Shown here: positions 1 through 9,652 of the stretch, piece after piece | Layout: the number at the start of each line of letters is the position of its first letter | How positions within the stretch are numbered: the stretch's first letter is position 1 | Source of the DNA: an uncultured Gemmatimonadales bacterium | Lineage (GTDB): Bacteria; Gemmatimonadota; Gemmatimonadetes; Gemmatimonadales; GWC2-71-9 | DNA: 64,000 nt | Direction of reading: 5' to 3' | NCBI GenBank assembly: GCA_963828735.1 | Contig: CAWHFW010000002.1 | Span: 352,001 to 416,000 of the forward strand | Notes under the pieces: generated by a model | Seen by the model: only the letters and a program-made list of their open reading frames with translations | Database searches by the model: none | What the model was told of the DNA's origin: nothing | Position numbers and translations under genes: made by a program

Positions 1-735
1 GAGCGCGCTGGACTGCCACGTGTTGTGGACAGGATCGAAGAGCGTGGTATTGGGGAGACCGTGGTTGTCTGTGATGTGCCCGCCAGCCACGAAGACCCGG
101 CCGTCGGCGAGGAGCGTGTGGCCGGAGCAGAAGAGGTTCGCCGGCGCGGGCACGGTGGTGAACACTCCCGTGGTCGGATTCCAGATCGTCGGCTTTCCGG
201 TGCGCCCGATGGACAGCACCCGCCCGTCGGGTAGCAGGATCATGTGGATGGCGACGATCGGCCAGGGAAAGGGCGCCGTCCATTGACCGGACGCCGACGC
301 CTCGGCGAGGGCGGGCGCGCCTACCGCCTGCGGCGTGCATGGGATGCCTTCGTTCGCCCGCGCAACCACCAAGCGCCCGTCCACGAAGAGCTGGACCGAG
401 CCCCGGGCGCGAGTCTCGATCGTATGCTCGGTCTCGGCGGGATCCGCCATCGGCGCCGCGGCGAGGTCGGCATGCCCCTCCTCCTCGCTGCCCTCGACGC
501 GGTAGCTCACGCTGATGGGCACATTCTGGGCGTTCGAGATCACGAATCGGTTGCCACAGAGGTAGGCCAGGTTGATCGGAGCGTCTTCACCGAGGTCCGG
601 ATCCGTTGCCGGCACCTCACCGCTCCGTGGCCCTGCGCCCGCACGCTCGTCGGAGCACCCGACGATCACGGCGGCGGCGCACCCCGTAAGTAGCATCCTG
701 AAGAGGACGTGACGGCGATGTCTGCGGCCAGGCAC
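1..735 (-). CDS. Copper radical oxidase / galactose-oxidase-like (Kelch) lipoprotein; 5' part only, runs off the window edge
   Basis: Not in the ORF track because its stop lies outside the window. Manual translation from GTG 735 (GAGG upstream): signal ...AAAVIVGC, then WTAPFPWPIVAIHMILLPDGRVL...NLFCSGHTLLADGRVFVAGGH...FDP. Clearly paralogous to 1539..4019. Confidence 0.85.
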   Translation of the reverse strand, partial: MPGRRHRRHVLFRMLLTGCAAAVIVGCSDERAGAGPRSGEVPATDPDLGEDAPINLAYLCGNRFVISNAQNVPISVSYRVEGSEEEGHADLAAAPMADPAETEHTIETRARGSVQLFVDGRLVVARANEGIPCTPQAVGAPALAEASASGQWTAPFPWPIVAIHMILLPDGRVLSIGRTGKPTIWNPTTGVFTTVPAPANLFCSGHTLLADGRVFVAGGHITDNHGLPNTTLFDPVHNTWQSSAL

Positions 736-810
736 ATGGACCTCGTGCTCATCGTGATCTGTGTCGGCGGACACGGCGGGTGCTTCCTGGGCTAACTTAC
801 TGTTTCGACT

Positions 811-827
811 TGCGAAATCTAGTCCAG
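811..827 (-). promoter_or_regulatory. Possible sigma54 -24/-12 promoter
   Basis: Minus strand CTGGACTAGATTTCGCA = GG-N10-GC, about 75 nt upstream of the GTG at 735; several mismatches to consensus. Confidence 0.35.
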
Positions 828-996
828 CCATAGGCGTTGAGCTTAACCGTGCAAGAGTTGGCGCCGTTCGCAATCGCACGTCGGTACACACCGCGCGATC
901 CGGTCGCTGTAGCACGAATCCAACGCTCCTTCGCACCGGCCAAGCCTTCTCGGCCGGGTCTGGGTAACGCGGCGAGTCTTCCAGCGGGGATTGACC

Positions 997-1428
997 GTGC
1001 GAATCGGAGTGATGCTGCGGCCCTACGACCAGCACCAGGGCGGCGTCCGGATCTATACCCGCCGACTGCTCGACGCCATGCTCGAGCTCGAGACCGCGCA
1101 CGAGTTCGTCCTCCTCTACCGCAATCCCGAGCTGCTCGGCACCCACAGCGGTCATGCGAAGGTGGAGGAGCATGCCCTTCCCGCCCGATCCGTGTTCGCC
1201 TGGGACCAAATCGCCGTGCCGCGCGCCGTGCGGGAGCACCGCCTCGACGTACTGTTCAACCCCAAGTATTCCATTCCGCTCCACGCCGGCTGTCCCGCCG
1301 TGTGGGTATGCCACGGCCTGGATTGGTACGTCACGCCCTGGGCGTCACGCTTCATGGATCGGCTGAGCCATCGCTTTCTCGTCCCTCGATATGCACGGCG
1401 TGCCGCCGCCATCCGAGGGCCTGTATAG
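997..1428 (+). pseudogene. Truncated GT4 glycosyltransferase (N-terminal domain only)
   Basis: MRIGVMLR..GGVRIYTRRLL..LDVLFNP..VCHGLDW..RYARRAAAI is a typical GT4 N-domain. Stop after about 143 aa, with no C-terminal nucleotide-sugar domain before the convergent gene. Confidence 0.8.
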
Positions 1429-1515
1429 GTTTTCCCGGGAAGCCATCACAACGGGAACCGATCGTGCGGATTGTGGGGTGATGCTGCCACTATGCTACGA
1501 TGTCTCGGACGCCTT

Positions 1516-1532
1516 GGTGGGCTGAGCCCACC
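1516..1532. terminator. Small palindrome (REP/terminator-like) between convergent genes
   Basis: GGTGGGC-TGA-GCCCACC. Confidence 0.4.
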
Positions 1533-1538
1533 GTCGGT

Positions 1539-4019
1539 CTAGCCTACTCGGATGATCTTGCCTGTCGAGGGCACCCCGTTCCGGTTGAGCACGAAGAGCA
1601 GATAGTAGCCGGGCGGCGCCAGGTTCGGGTCCGCCGGCGCCGTGACGTCCACGCCGGTAGCGGTGCGTGTGAAGGTCAGGGTGTTTGCCCGCTGGCTCGC
1701 GTCGAACGCATGGGTCACCGAGCCGAGCCGGATCCACCGCGCGTCCGTGATCTGCGCGGCGTTGGGGGTCGCAACGGGAAACGTCTGCCCGTAGCTCACG
1801 CTCGACGGGGTGCTTGTGATCGTTGGCCGAGCGCCCTTGAACAGGTATGGCGGCGAGAAGATCTCGTGGTTCGCCTCGTCGGGCACGGGCACTGGATTGG
1901 CGCCGCCCGCCATGGCGTTGCCGCTTGCTCCGTGGAGGACCGTGCCGTCCGGCAGCAGCAGCGAGACCGAGTGGTACACTCGCATGACGCTGTTCGCGGC
2001 GAGGGTCTTCCACTGGTTGGTCTTGGGATCCCACAGCTCCGCCGCCCGGGCCGCGTCGCCGAGGTTGATGTCCACGAAGCCGCCCCCCTTAGTGCCGCCG
2101 GTGATGAGGACGGTACCGTCCGGCAGGATGGTCGAGTTGAGGTGCCGGCGCGGGAACTCCATCATGCCCGCGCTGCTCCACGCCGGCGAGCCGGCGTTCA
2201 GGTCGATCTTCTCGGCGATCGCGGTGGGCGCGTCGTCCTTGGCGTCGGGAGACTGAGACCACGACGGGTTGCCGCCGCCGCCCGTGTACAGGATCTTCCC
2301 GGCCTCGTACATCGCGGCGGTGCCGTAGTCGCGGTTGAACGGCCAAACGTGGTTCGGCCCGGTGGTCCACTTGCCGCGCCCGCCCGCCGCCGTGCCGTCT
2401 ACGTCGAACCAACGGGACTTGATCCGCTCGCCCGCCATGAAGATCCGGCCGTCGGGGGCCACGAAGTTCCTGGGGTAATAGGGGATGTTCAGCGACCCCG
2501 CGCCCGGCAGCGGAACCCAGTGGTTGTTGTTCTCCCAGATCTCGGGCGTCGTGACCACGTTACCGGCAGAATCGTTTCCGGCCATGGTGAGGACGCGGCC
2601 GTCCGCGAGCGTGGTCACCGTGGGGTACCAGCGCCCAAAGGCCATCTTGGGCAGGCCCGTCGTCCAGGTCTGGCTCGCCGGGTCAAAAATGTTGGTGACG
2701 TCGATACCGACGTTGTCCCTCTTGTGCCCTCCGGTAACCATCAGGCGACCGTCCGCCATCAGCGTGTGGCCCGAGCAGAAGAGCATCGTGTCGGCCTGCA
2801 CCTCGATTGCGCTCGTCGGCGGTCCGGCCGCCGGATCCCACAGGCGCGGGCGGGTTGCCATCGTGCCCATCACGCCGCCGTCCTCGTACTTGCCCCATCC
2901 GAGAACCTTTCCGCTTGGCAACAGGTGGATGTGCAGCGGCACGATGTCCCAGGCGACGACCGGGCCCCACTTCCCGCTCGTCGCCTCCGACGGCAGCGCT
3001 GACAGGGTCACGGGCGTCGCGGTCACGCTGGTCAAGCCCGTACTGAACTCGAGGGTCTGCGCCCCGGCGCCGTCGATGCCAAGGTCGCCGAACTTCGCGA
3101 AGCCCTGGGCATCGGTCGTGGACGTGGTCGTCCCCTCGAGCGTTCCGCCTCCCCCTGTCAGGCTAGCCGTGACCCCGACCCCCGGCACCGGGTTGCCGGA
3201 GCCGTCCCTCACCTGGACGACGGGCTGCACCGCGGGATCGAAGACCTCGCGGTCCAGCGCCGCAGTCGGCGGATTGGTGATAAGCAGGATCGTGTTGCCG
3301 GACTGCGTAGAGACAGTGATCGCCGAGGAGACCGCCGGAACGAAGTCGGGCGCCGAGAACCGGATCGTGTAGGTGCCGGCGGGGCCGGTGATCGCCAGGT
3401 CGGTGAACGTCGCGCCGCCGGCGCCGTTCGTGGCCTCAGTCAGGGTCCCGCCGAGCGTTCCCGACCCGGTGGCGAGGGACGCGGTGACCGCCACCCCGCT
3501 TTGCGCCAGGTCATTGCCGTCCGGATCTCTGAGCTGCACCACCGGTTGTGCGCCGAGCGCGACGCCGCTCTCGGCCGTCGCCGACGGCTGGGTCGTCACT
3601 GCGAGGCTGGAGCTCTCGCCATCGGTCGCGATGGCCAGGAACGTGACCGGCGAGCCGGACAGGCCCGCGACCGACGCCGTGGTGGATTGCTCGCCGGGCT
3701 GCGGCCCCAGCACCCGCTGCACGGACGCCCGACCGTTGGCGCCGGTCTCCACAGAGCCGGACGAGACGGAGCCGGAGCCGCCAGCATCCCAGTGAACGCT
3801 CACGCCTTGAACGGGATCGCCCTTCTCGTCGGTGACCACGACCACGAGGGGATTGGCCAGTGACTCGCCGGCGACACCGGTCTGACCGTTCCCGTCCACC
3901 ATCGCTATTGCGGTGGGCGTCGGGGGCTGCACGTTGTTCTCGCTGCAGCGGAGCGTGCCTGCGGCGAGCACCAACAGGAGAACCCAAGGTCGGACGCGTA
4001 GGAACGAGGTCTTGGTCAT
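1539..4019 (-). CDS. Secreted/lipoprotein copper radical oxidase (AA5/galactose-oxidase-like) with N-terminal Ig-like domains and C-terminal DUF1929
   Basis: Signal peptide with Cys; Ig-like repeats (GNGQTG..PLVVVVTD). Catalytic motifs FCSGH (Cys), RWYPT (Tyr), RVYHS (Tyr/His), VTHAFD (His); EIFSPPYL..RP..APPGYYLLF. Confidence 0.92.
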   Translation of the reverse strand: MTKTSFLRVRPWVLLLVLAAGTLRCSENNVQPPTPTAIAMVDGNGQTGVAGESLANPLVVVVTDEKGDPVQGVSVHWDAGGSGSVSSGSVETGANGRASVQRVLGPQPGEQSTTASVAGLSGSPVTFLAIATDGESSSLAVTTQPSATAESGVALGAQPVVQLRDPDGNDLAQSGVAVTASLATGSGTLGGTLTEATNGAGGATFTDLAITGPAGTYTIRFSAPDFVPAVSSAITVSTQSGNTILLITNPPTAALDREVFDPAVQPVVQVRDGSGNPVPGVGVTASLTGGGGTLEGTTTSTTDAQGFAKFGDLGIDGAGAQTLEFSTGLTSVTATPVTLSALPSEATSGKWGPVVAWDIVPLHIHLLPSGKVLGWGKYEDGGVMGTMATRPRLWDPAAGPPTSAIEVQADTMLFCSGHTLMADGRLMVTGGHKRDNVGIDVTNIFDPASQTWTTGLPKMAFGRWYPTVTTLADGRVLTMAGNDSAGNVVTTPEIWENNNHWVPLPGAGSLNIPYYPRNFVAPDGRIFMAGERIKSRWFDVDGTAAGGRGKWTTGPNHVWPFNRDYGTAAMYEAGKILYTGGGGNPSWSQSPDAKDDAPTAIAEKIDLNAGSPAWSSAGMMEFPRRHLNSTILPDGTVLITGGTKGGGFVDINLGDAARAAELWDPKTNQWKTLAANSVMRVYHSVSLLLPDGTVLHGASGNAMAGGANPVPVPDEANHEIFSPPYLFKGARPTITSTPSSVSYGQTFPVATPNAAQITDARWIRLGSVTHAFDASQRANTLTFTRTATGVDVTAPADPNLAPPGYYLLFVLNRNGVPSTGKIIRVG

Positions 4020-4083
4020 GAGCGATGGCCGAATGTCTAGGCGTCAAGGGGGTTGCCGAGCCCGCACCGATCGGGACTGACGA

Positions 4084-4149
4084 TGCAGATTTCAGGCCGT
4101 TCTCCAGCCGTGCATGCTACCACGTATAGCGTTACACTTCAAGCACTTA
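4084..4149 (-). promoter_or_regulatory. Possible sigma54 promoter with IHF-like site
   Basis: Minus strand ACGGCCTGAAATCTGCA (GG-N10-GC, 4084-4100); CTTCAAGCACTTA (4137-4149) resembles WATCAANNNNTTR. Confidence 0.4.
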
Positions 4150-4505
4150 GCCGCCGACCATCCCAAAGAACGTTGCGCTCCTGCTACGAAACGATAAGCC
4201 CCTCGGGGCGCCGGTGCCAAACCCCCGGACACTTGCACCGGACCCGCAACTTCACCCGAGGGACGGACGGATCACTGGCGCCGCCAGCAAGCTGTGGGCC
4301 CCCCGTCGGCCGTTGGACACGATAACACGCCAACGTATCAGAGAGTATGAAAACAGTATGAATGGCAACGGGTTCCCGGCAGCATGCGACGCAGCATGCG
4401 AATTGGGATGGGAGCTACCGGGCGGGCCGCCGCCCCGCAACCGTCCGTCGGATGGCGGAGGCGGTCGGTTTACCCATCGGTCGGTCGGGTGTACGTTTTC
4501 ACGAC

Positions 4506-4576
4506 TGGCCCTTCGTCCAACGGCAGGACAGCGGACTTTGGATCCGTTAATGGTGGTTCGAATCCACCAGGGCCAA
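4506..4576 (+). tRNA. tRNA-Gln (TTG); CCA not encoded
   Basis: Acceptor stem TGGCCCT/AGGGCCA; anticodon arm GCGGA-CTTTGGA-TCCGT; T arm GGTGG-TTCGAAT-CCACC. Confidence 0.96.
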
Positions 4577-4888
4577 TGGAACACCCCTACGCGCTATCCG
4601 CTCATTACTGCATGCAGGCCGTCGTGCGACTTCGCCTTGCTGGAGAAGCGCCGTGCAAGTCGATCTCGATTCGGCAATGTGCTCTAAGCGCTGACGGCCG
4701 CCCGCGCCTGGTAGCTTACGCTACTAGAGCTTTCACGGGAGCACAGCTGTGCGTGTTGGGGTCATGCTGCGGCACAACGATCGGCACGGCGGCGGGGTAC
4801 GGGTGTCCACAACCCCCTTTTTGCTAAGCTCTTGCAAACTGGCTTCGTGTTGAACACGATCTCCCATTCACCCCCTAGCGAAGGGGCC

Positions 4889-6064
4889 ATGTCTACCGAC
4901 CATGAAAAGAGGAGCATCCTCATACCAGCCTATGACTTCAAGCCCCTGCTGGGAGGAGTGGCCAACTACGGCCACGAATTGGCCGTGCAGTTTAGCCGGC
5001 GGGCACGGGTCCATGTGGTCAGCCGTAAGCTCCCTGGGATAGAAGAGTTCGATCAGAACCTGCCATACCAAATCTCCCGAATCACCGCTCCGCATAGCGC
5101 CCTCATCAGCTACCCGCTTTTCGCTCGGGCCTTGCGAGCTGTTATTCGGCAGCAGCCTCCTGATGCGATGTTTTGCCCCATCTGGCTTCCCGATGGGGCG
5201 GCAGGCCGCTGGGCTGTAGGAGAAGCGGCTATTCCCTATTTCGTGGCGGCTCACGGCACCGAACTCTTTCAGAACTTTGCCAGCATACCGAACGGCGTAC
5301 GGACGGTGCTGACCCGCAAGCTGAAGAGGGCGGTGTTTCAGGAGGCCAAGAAGGTCTTCCCGGTTAGCGATTATACCCGCAAGGCCGTGCTCACGGAGGG
5401 AGGCGGGAATGAAGCCTCAATCGTCACGGTCAACAACGGTGTGAACCCGGCGATCTTTAAGAAAATGCCGGCAAAATCAGAGGCTCGGGCAAGGTACAAA
5501 CCAGGGGGCGAAAGAATCCTCCTCACCGTTACGCGTCTGTATCCGTACAAAGGCGTGGATCGCATGCTGGAATCGCTTCCCGCCATCTTACGGGCTGTCC
5601 CCGACGTCAAATACCTCGTTGTCGGCACCGGGCCCGACCAGCAGCGGTTGCAGGAGCTGGCGACCCGCCTGGGCTTGCAGGCCCAGGTCAGCTTCTTGGG
5701 GCCGGTGGCCTTAGCGAAAATCGTAGAGCTGTATAACGTGGCCGATCTTTTTGTCATGCTGTCGCGGGAAGAGCCACCGGACGTCGAGGGCTTTGGCCTC
5801 GTATTCCTGGAAGCAGCGGCGTGCGGCCTTCCTTCCCTCGGGGGCCGGAGCGGCGGCATTCCCGATGCCATCGATGAAGGGAGGTCCGGCTGGCTGGTGG
5901 ATCCCTGCAATACTCAAGAAATCGCGGCCATCACCATTGAGTTGCTGAAATCCCCTGAAAGACTCCAGCGCGCTTCGGAGTTTTGCTTATCTACGGCCCC
6001 CCAAAAAACCTGGGAGCGGGCTGCCGATAGAATCCTGGTGGAAATGTTTGACGGCAGGACCTGA
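4889..6064 (+). CDS. GT4 glycosyltransferase (PimA/PimB-like)
   Basis: AHGTE, VSDYT, VTRLYPYKG, EGFGLVFLEA, GGIPD motifs. Confidence 0.92.
   Translation: MSTDHEKRSILIPAYDFKPLLGGVANYGHELAVQFSRRARVHVVSRKLPGIEEFDQNLPYQISRITAPHSALISYPLFARALRAVIRQQPPDAMFCPIWLPDGAAGRWAVGEAAIPYFVAAHGTELFQNFASIPNGVRTVLTRKLKRAVFQEAKKVFPVSDYTRKAVLTEGGGNEASIVTVNNGVNPAIFKKMPAKSEARARYKPGGERILLTVTRLYPYKGVDRMLESLPAILRAVPDVKYLVVGTGPDQQRLQELATRLGLQAQVSFLGPVALAKIVELYNVADLFVMLSREEPPDVEGFGLVFLEAAACGLPSLGGRSGGIPDAIDEGRSGWLVDPCNTQEIAAITIELLKSPERLQRASEFCLSTAPQKTWERAADRILVEMFDGRT
6010..6055 (+). repeat. Direct repeat copy 1 (3' end of the GT4 gene)
   Basis: CTGGGAGCGGGCTGCCGATAGAATCCTGGTGGAAATGTTTGACGGC; 40/46 positions match 7041-7084 by manual alignment. 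Confidence 0.85.
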
Positions 6065-6077
6065 AAGGAGTCGCAGC

Positions 6078-6956
6078 ATGAATCTGGATTTGGCCAGAAG
6101 TACCCGCTCCTTGGTGAAAATGCGATCGGAGCGGGTACGCACGGAGATATGGCGCCTGATGGAGACGCTGCGGGTGACGCGTCATTGGGGGGTTACGAAT
6201 CGTCAAGTCGAGCAGTGGATTGCGAGCAAGAAGTTTTTCTTCATTCTGGCACTCGGCCGTTCCGGGACGACGTTCCTGTCACATTTGCTGAACATGTCCT
6301 CCGATGCCGTCGTGTTTCACGAGCCGGCTCGCAGCGATATCGACGCCTACCGACGGGCATTCTTCAGTCCGGATGACGCCGAGCGCTATATAGCTTCGTT
6401 TCGCAAGAAAGAAATGTATCTCCGGATGCGCACGACGGAGTTGAGTGTCTATGGCGAGGTCAACTCGCTGCTGCGCCGTCACTTCCATGCTCTGAGGCGC
6501 CACTTTCCCGGGGCTGGATTCCTGCACATGGTGAGGGACGGGCGGGACGTCGTCCGGACCATGATGTCGACGGCCGCCCTGACGCCCGGAGACATGTGGA
6601 CGTGGTGGCTGAGGCCGCATGAATCCGACCCGTTCTTTGCTCAGTGGCACGCGATGGATCGCTTCGCCAAGCTGTGCTGGTACTGGCGCGTGGAAAATCA
6701 CCTCCTCCGTACCAGTATCGGGAGCACAGTCAGGTTCGAGGAGGCCATCAGCGACTACGAATGCTTCGAGCACCGAATCCTGAGTCCGTTTGGCCTGGGC
6801 ATACCGCAATCCGTCTGGAAGCAGGAGACGGGTGTTCAACGCAACGCCACGGGGACCTATAGGATCCCCCACTGGCGTGAGTGGGATGCCTACCGCACCC
6901 GAACCTTCGAGACCATTTGCGGCGATGAAATGAGGGCCAACGGCTATCTGCAGTAA
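6078..6956 (+). CDS. Sulfotransferase
   Basis: 5'PSB GRSGTTFL, HEP, 3'PB VRDGRDVV.T, VRFE; AGGAG RBS before ATG 6078. Confidence 0.88.
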   Translation: MNLDLARSTRSLVKMRSERVRTEIWRLMETLRVTRHWGVTNRQVEQWIASKKFFFILALGRSGTTFLSHLLNMSSDAVVFHEPARSDIDAYRRAFFSPDDAERYIASFRKKEMYLRMRTTELSVYGEVNSLLRRHFHALRRHFPGAGFLHMVRDGRDVVRTMMSTAALTPGDMWTWWLRPHESDPFFAQWHAMDRFAKLCWYWRVENHLLRTSIGSTVRFEEAISDYECFEHRILSPFGLGIPQSVWKQETGVQRNATGTYRIPHWREWDAYRTRTFETICGDEMRANGYLQ

Positions 6957-7040
6957 TTCCAATTGCCGCTCCCATATCGAAGCCGTCGTCGTCTCAGGGA
7001 CGAAGGCGCCGGCGGCAAAGTTGCATGAACGCGCCACCTA

Positions 7041-7084
7041 CTGGGAGCGGCTGCCGACATAATCCTGGAGGAATGTTTGCCGGC
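7041..7084 (+). repeat. Direct repeat copy 2 (non-coding, degenerate)
   Basis: CTGGGAGCGGCTGCCGACATAATCCTGGAGGAATGTTTGCCGGC. Confidence 0.85.
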
Positions 7085-7256
7085 TAAAGTACTGTTGACT
7101 CCTGGGTGCAGCCTGAATCGTCGTTCTCAGCGGGATCACGGCCTGACACACCCAGCGGCTCGCCACGAGGCTTGTTGATCCGCACCGCCGAAAGCAGGGC
7201 CGAGCGGCTGGGCATGCCCCGCGCAAAGCGCTCGGAATGTCGCGGCGATGTAAGGA

Positions 7257-8177
7257 TCATCGACTCTTCACATCTACGAGCCCCCGGATTACGCCTGCGA
7301 TGACCCAGCATTGGCCGAGCGCGATAAGCGGGAAATACCAGATGAGCGGGCGGATCGCTCCTACCGCAACGTTCTTTACCACAATCCGACCGAGCGCCAT
7401 CGCGACGTACACCGGGGCGAGCAACACGGCCCGTGCGGGTGTGGTTGGATACCAGCGGCCGAATGGGACCGCGTCGCGGTGCTTCACACGAAACCGGCAG
7501 CCATAGCGGCCAATCGTGTACTGGTAACGCAAATAACTGAAGACCGTGGAGCGGGGGTGGCGATGCTCCGAAAGCGCCCTTGGCTCGAACAAGACGCGCC
7601 ACCCAGCCTGGCGCGCCCGCACGCAGAGATCGAAGTCTTCGGCGATTCGAAGATTCGGATCGTAGTAGCCGACCTGCTCGATGACCGCGCGGCGGACCAG
7701 CATGTTGGCGCCCACGACGTAAGGCACGTCCGTTGGAGGCGCTGCTGGATCCACCAGGTATCTGTTCGAGAAGTCGAACGCCGCAGCGGCATACGTGACC
7801 TTCCGCGGGTCCTGTGGATTCGGGCCACCCACGATGCCGATCGTCGCGTCCGTCGAAAGGAGGGCACACAGCTTGGCCAGACAATCGGTCGCCGGGACGC
7901 AATCGGCGTCCACGATCCAGAAATAGTCGGTGGTCACGCGGGGGAGGGCGCGGTTGCGGGCTTCGGCAGGACCCACATTCTGGGCGAGCTCAATAATCTC
8001 CATTGTTGGGTCGCGGCGTCCCCGAACCCGCCTCACCGTGTCGTCGGTGCTCGCGTCATCGATAACCATGGTGGACGCAACTGAATACGACTGCCCGGCG
8101 ATTGCGTCCAGACAAACGCCGATCGTAGGCGCACCGTTGCGAATGGCGATGATGGCGGTGACTGTCGGCCGAGTCAT
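7257..8177 (-). CDS. GT2 glycosyltransferase
   Basis: MTRPTVTAII..RN, IDDASTD, GPAEARN, VDAD, AEDFDL; hydrophobic C-terminus. Confidence 0.9.
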   Translation of the reverse strand: MTRPTVTAIIAIRNGAPTIGVCLDAIAGQSYSVASTMVIDDASTDDTVRRVRGRRDPTMEIIELAQNVGPAEARNRALPRVTTDYFWIVDADCVPATDCLAKLCALLSTDATIGIVGGPNPQDPRKVTYAAAAFDFSNRYLVDPAAPPTDVPYVVGANMLVRRAVIEQVGYYDPNLRIAEDFDLCVRARQAGWRVLFEPRALSEHRHPRSTVFSYLRYQYTIGRYGCRFRVKHRDAVPFGRWYPTTPARAVLLAPVYVAMALGRIVVKNVAVGAIRPLIWYFPLIALGQCWVIAGVIRGLVDVKSR

Positions 8178-8187
8178 GGTCGCGGGC

Positions 8188-9432
8188 TCAGAAAGGAATA
8201 CGGGCGGGCGATCCGGGCTGCAGCGCACCGGGTACCGGAGACCCGCGCAGCAGCCGGAAGGCGAGCGCACTCGCAACCGCGCCGCGGCAGAGCCACCCCA
8301 CCGCTACGCCGTACATCAAACCGATCAGCCCCCACCGGACCCCTAGCCATGCCGCTGTGGCCCCAACCCCAGCGCAGGTCCAGCTCACCCAGTTCAGCAA
8401 CCCCAGTTGCCGGGCACTGCCGAGAGCCCAGACGATCGTCGTCGCGAACCCGTCAGCCAGCTTGACGGCCCCGCTCACGAGGGCGGCGATCATCAATGCT
8501 GTCGAAAGGTGATACTTGCCGGCGAGCAGCGAGGCTGCGACCCAAGGCGCTGCGAAGAAGATGAGCAGCGAGCCTGAGCCGGCGATCAACGCGACAGCCC
8601 ATGCTTCGCGATGAGCCAACAGCTGGCGCTCCTCTGGGGAAGAGGCGGTGCTGAGCCGCGGGAGCAACGTATATCCCGCTCCCATCTGCAGCATACGCAG
8701 TGGTGATCCGACGAGGGTGGTCACCACCGCAAAGGTGGCCAGGTCGTCGAGAGTCAAGAGCCGGGGGGTCAGCAAGCGCTCGAGCTGCATGAGGATTAGC
8801 GCAGCGGCGGTTATGCCGAGCAGGCTAAGGCCCTCTAAGAACGAGTGCCCCTCGGGTGCACCCTGATGTCTCTCGCGTGCCAGTACTCCCCAGCCGACGC
8901 TGGACGAGATCACATTGTATCCCGCTACAAGTGCGGCAAGAAGCCAGAGCTGCACCCCTCCGGCGATCACGGCGACCGCTCCCATGCCGACCAGAATCAT
9001 CGCAAGGCCCTGCGAGAGGCTGAGGGCAAGGCCAAACCGGAGCCGGCTCTGGAAGATGGCCGAGGCCACGCGGGTAGTCCCGCCGGCGGTGATGCTGATG
9101 ATCAAGGCGACAATCAGCGCCAGGTCCATTCTGTAAAGTGCCGCGGCGGGGATGGCGGTCGCCACCGCTACGACGAGTGAGGTGAGGAGCGGTCGCCCGG
9201 GAGAGACCCTCGCCCCTGGCCGGCGGTTCACTTGACCCTCGAGGCCGATCGGGGCCAGGGAGGCTCCGATCTGAACCAGCGCGAGAAACAGGGTGAAGAC
9301 GCCGAATTGTGCGGGCAGAAGCACCCGCGCCAGCAGCAAGTTGCCCAAGGCGTATCCGACGCCGCCGAGGCCGAAACCCACCGCGGTCCGAAGCGCCGAC
9401 GATTTTTGGAGCAAGCGAAGCGGCAGGGCCAC
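8188..9432 (-). CDS. Oligosaccharide flippase (Wzx-like) polytopic membrane protein
   Basis: LLARVLLPAQFG motif, about 12 hydrophobic segments, LLPRLS; located among GT genes. Confidence 0.8.
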   Translation of the reverse strand: MALPLRLLQKSSALRTAVGFGLGGVGYALGNLLLARVLLPAQFGVFTLFLALVQIGASLAPIGLEGQVNRRPGARVSPGRPLLTSLVVAVATAIPAAALYRMDLALIVALIISITAGGTTRVASAIFQSRLRFGLALSLSQGLAMILVGMGAVAVIAGGVQLWLLAALVAGYNVISSSVGWGVLARERHQGAPEGHSFLEGLSLLGITAAALILMQLERLLTPRLLTLDDLATFAVVTTLVGSPLRMLQMGAGYTLLPRLSTASSPEERQLLAHREAWAVALIAGSGSLLIFFAAPWVAASLLAGKYHLSTALMIAALVSGAVKLADGFATTIVWALGSARQLGLLNWVSWTCAGVGATAAWLGVRWGLIGLMYGVAVGWLCRGAVASALAFRLLRGSPVPGALQPGSPARIPF

Positions 9433-9592
9433 CCCCGGGCAGAATCGTCCTAACGTGAAAGCAGGGCTTCCTGAGTTGCATCTATGAAGCGCTAGCTACC
9501 GTCTACTCAGCGGAAACTAATGAGTCCGCCGTCGACCAACTCGCCTACCTCTTGAGCCAGTCGAGGCGCTCTCGCCGGAACCAATAGCACAA

Positions 9593-9634
9593 GCCCACCG
9601 CCACCGGGCAGCAGAACGCCCGACAGCGGTGGGC
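9593..9634 (-). terminator. Hairpin downstream of the PKD genes
   Basis: GCCCACCGC...GCGGTGGGC with inner CGGGC/GCCCG; followed on the minus strand by TTGTGCTATT. Confidence 0.4.
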
Positions 9635-9652
9635 GCATGGCTTGGCTCCCCG

